Of a stretch of DNA of 64,000 bases, positions 61,320 to 64,000 are shown piece by piece. The DNA comes from an uncultured delta proteobacterium (GTDB lineage: Bacteria > Myxococcota_A > UBA9160 > UBA4427). The DNA lies in the NCBI GenBank assembly GCA_963822965.1, contig CAWGJT010000005.1, positions 1,856,001 to 1,920,000 of the forward strand, written 5' to 3'. A program made the translations under genes and the position numbers. Positions within the stretch are counted from its first letter, which is position 1, and each line of letters starts with the position of its first letter. Below the pieces are notes generated by a model, which saw nothing but the letters and a program-made list of their open reading frames with translations, had not been told where the DNA came from and made no database searches.

Positions 61320-61355
61320 TCGACTCTCGATTCTCGACTCTCGACTCTCGACTTT
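61320..61355. repeat. heptamer tandem repeat (CGACTCT x5) in rpoD leader
   Basis: cgactct cgattct cgactct cgactct cgacttt. Confidence 0.75.
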
Positions 61356-61546
61356 GTGTCGCTATTCGATTCCGCTCAGCACTTGCTCAGCGTTCACACA
61401 ACCTGTCGCATCAGCTTTCTTGCTCACATTGCTCGTTCGCCGGTCGTTGCCGCGTTCTTGCTGTCTCGCTCCATTGCGTTGCGTCTTCTGGGTCTTCGAC
61501 TCGATTCCCTCTTCGCGGTCTCCCGCCCGGCTCCGGCGCATCGGAG

Positions 61547-63355
61547 CTAGACGTATGACCCCGGACTGTCACTCGTTCTTCGTAGGAGTGACAACCCCTC
61601 CCGGCGAAGTCGTTCCTTCTCGCGGAAGATGGCCTCCTGGTCCTCCTCAGGGTCGCCCATCCGCCGCGTCAATTCCTTCTGCAACGCGTCAATCCGGCGC
61701 TTCTCGAGCCGCGCCACGAGATCGCGCAGCGCGCGCTCGGGTGGCGTTTCGCCCCGGAAGAGCTCGTCGTCCATCGCCACCATGCGAAGCCGCGATCGCG
61801 CGTCTTCGTCGAGTCGCGCTTCCAGCGCGAAGTGATCGGCCGCGCCCGTCTCGTCGACGATCCCCTCGCCGGCGGCATCGAGCAAAGCCCCTAGGACTGC
61901 CTTCCAGGAGCCCTCGGGGAGCAACGACTCGAAGGGAGCGCGCTCGAGGTCGCCGGCCAGCCCGGGATGGCGGAAGAGCAGCACCGCCAGCTCGTGCAGG
62001 TGGCGCTCCTGGCTCGACACCTTGCGGGGCACGACGCTTCGCGATTCGACCACCGGCGCGGTGCCGCCGCGAGCCGCGGTGCGCACGGCGGCCTGGACGG
62101 CGGCTTCGTCCGTCGCGGTCCAGCTGGCAAGGCGCCTTGCGTACTCCACGCGCTCCACCGGGTCGCCGATGCACGCGACGACGGGCACGATGCGGTTGAC
62201 CACGTCCGCCTTCTGGCCGGGGCTCGCGCAGCCGGCGTCCACCGCCCACTGCATCACCTGCTCGAGGGCGTCGCGGGCGCCATCGACGAGGGCGCAGAGC
62301 TCGTCTGCACCGCGGCGCACGAGGAAGCTGTCGGGATCTTCGCCCGCGGGAAGCGCGACGGCGCGCACCCGCAGGCCCTCGGGCAGCAGCACCTCGAGGG
62401 ATCGCTCCATGGCCGCGCGTCCGGCCGCGTCGCCGTCGAAGAGCAGCACCACCTCGTGGGTCCGGCGCGAGAGCTGGGAGGCGTGCTCCGCCGTGAGGGC
62501 GGTCCCGCACGTGGCGAGCGCCTCGCCCACCTCGGCACGCGCGAGGGCGATGCGGTCGAAGTAGCCCTCGCAGACCACCGCCCGAGCGGCCCGGCGCAGC
62601 TCCGCCAGGGCGTCGGGGAAGCCGTAGAAGGTCTCGCGCTTGCGGAAGACCGGCGTCTCCGGCGTGTTCAGGTACTTGGGCTCCTGGCCCTCGGCGAGGG
62701 CGCGGCCCCCGAAGCCGACCACCCGACCGCGCACGTCGTGGATCGGGAAGGTCACGCGTCCGCGCAGGCGGTCGTAGTAGCCCGGGCCGCCCTGACGCCG
62801 GGCGACGAGGCCGGCCTGCTCGCCGATCGAAGCCGGGATCTTCTCCTGTTCGAGCCGCCGCACCACGGCGTCCCAACGATCGGGCGCGTAGCCGATGCCG
62901 AAGCGCGCGATGGCTTCGTCGTCGAAGCCCCGGCCCTTCAGGTAGTCGCGCGCCTTCTGGCCTTCGTTGCCAGCGAGGGTCTCGCGGTAGAGCCGTTGGG
63001 CGATGTCGTTGGCGGCGAAGAGCCGCTCGGAGAGACCGCGCTCGCGGCGTTCGCCGGCGCTCTCCTCGATCTCGATGCCGCAATCCGCCGCCAGATTGCG
63101 AACGGCCTCCGGAAACGAGAGGCCGTCGTGCTTCATCAGGAACCCGATGACGTCGCCGCCTTCCTGGCAGCCGAAGCAGTGGAAGATCTGGCGGTCGGGA
63201 TTGACGTTGAACGAAGGGGTCTTCTCACCGTGGAAGGGACAGAGGCCCTTCCAGTTGCGGCCGGCTCGCTTGAGCTCGACGTAGCGGCCGATCAGGCCGA
63301 CGATGTCGACGCGGCTGCGAATATCCTGGATGGTTCCTTCGGAGATCCGACCCAT
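61547..63355 (-). CDS. dnaG: DNA primase
   Basis: CPFHGEKTPSF..CFGC zinc finger, KYLNTPET, EGYFD, FDGD TOPRIM. Confidence 0.96.
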   Translation of the reverse strand: MGRISEGTIQDIRSRVDIVGLIGRYVELKRAGRNWKGLCPFHGEKTPSFNVNPDRQIFHCFGCQEGGDVIGFLMKHDGLSFPEAVRNLAADCGIEIEESAGERRERGLSERLFAANDIAQRLYRETLAGNEGQKARDYLKGRGFDDEAIARFGIGYAPDRWDAVVRRLEQEKIPASIGEQAGLVARRQGGPGYYDRLRGRVTFPIHDVRGRVVGFGGRALAEGQEPKYLNTPETPVFRKRETFYGFPDALAELRRAARAVVCEGYFDRIALARAEVGEALATCGTALTAEHASQLSRRTHEVVLLFDGDAAGRAAMERSLEVLLPEGLRVRAVALPAGEDPDSFLVRRGADELCALVDGARDALEQVMQWAVDAGCASPGQKADVVNRIVPVVACIGDPVERVEYARRLASWTATDEAAVQAAVRTAARGGTAPVVESRSVVPRKVSSQERHLHELAVLLFRHPGLAGDLERAPFESLLPEGSWKAVLGALLDAAGEGIVDETGAADHFALEARLDEDARSRLRMVAMDDELFRGETPPERALRDLVARLEKRRIDALQKELTRRMGDPEEDQEAIFREKERLRREGLSLLRRTSDSPGSYV

Positions 63356-63458
63356 CCCACTCCAGCAACCCGCCGCCTCGCGCCTCGAAGCCGTGCTCCT
63401 CGCAGGAGCCCGGCCCTCGCAGAGAGGAGCCCTGCTCCTCGCTTGGAGGTGCGCGCGT

Positions 63459-63656
63459 CTAGCGGGTACCCCTTCTCATCTTCTTCAGCGCTCGCTTGCG
63501 TGCGGCTGCAGCCTTCTTCTTCTTGCGGATGCTCGGCTTGTCGTAGTACTCGCGTCTCCGCAGCTCGGTGAGGATCCCCGCCTTCTCGCAGGTCTTCTTG
63601 AAGCGCTTCATGGCCGCTTCGAACGACTCGTTGTCCTTCACCTTGATGACGGGCAT
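63459..63656 (-). CDS. rpsU: 30S ribosomal protein S21
   Basis: [22 protein letters not shown]. Confidence 0.96.
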   Translation of the reverse strand: MPVIKVKDNESFEAAMKRFKKTCEKAGILTELRRREYYDKPSIRKKKKAAAARKRALKKMRRGTR

Positions 63657-64000
63657 TTGCCTTCTCTGTCTCTCGCGCGATGACTAGCGCAGTACGCGGA
63701 TGGCGAACGAGCGGGGCCGCCCCGCACCGTCCTACCGAGGTCCGCTGGTAGGTGGCTTCTGGGTCTTCGCTGTGTCGGTTCCTGCGCGGCAGTTGCCGGA
63801 AGGGGCAGCCACGGCGCGGCGCTCTCTCCGCGGCGCCCGCGACGCTCCTGTCGATCCGGTGCTGGCCAGGGGGAGATGAATGGGAATCGACTCTCGAATC
63901 TGCAATGGACGCGCCACCGTAGCCCACGCCCCACGGGGATTCAAGCAACGCATGGGCAGGCGGCCGGCGGGTCGAGGCGACGGGGCGGGAGCCAGCCGCC

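Noticed and set aside
63660..63960. Structured ncRNA upstream of rpsU
   Set aside because: Only short GC-rich stems and no recognisable family motif; it cannot be supported without a covariance search

Overview
High-GC bacterial chromosomal DNA. Gene content and style suggest Myxococcota/Deltaproteobacteria, which is an inference. Window 1-26 kb is metabolic backbone: HAD, nitroreductase, EVE, MBL hydrolase, rhodanese-SET-rhodanese, RluA, a Leptospira-type citramalate synthase cimA behind an Ile-codon leader peptide and attenuator, two unknown lipoproteins, glcDEF and an MFS transporter. Window 26.1-42.9 kb is a minus-strand Rhs polymorphic-toxin locus: a 5'-truncated rhs gene followed by about 8 orphan core/C-terminal (CT) cassettes with membrane immunity-like genes, an IS66 remnant, a 3.5-kb direct duplication and a 67-bp tandem repeat at the border. 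The most striking signal is that all five distinct complete CT domains, although from at least three unrelated domain types, end in Y-x-K, and four carry a fixed-length tail Y-[PS]-S-x(9-10)-Y-x-K. This is a conserved tag placed after the variable toxin. Window 43-54 kb holds accessory genes and a 2.9-kb islet bounded by tRNA-Ile2(CAU) and a copy of its 3' half. The window ends with rpsU-dnaG-rpoD. Several small indels in conserved genes suggest residual assembly errors. All family calls come from motif recognition by eye, not from database searches.
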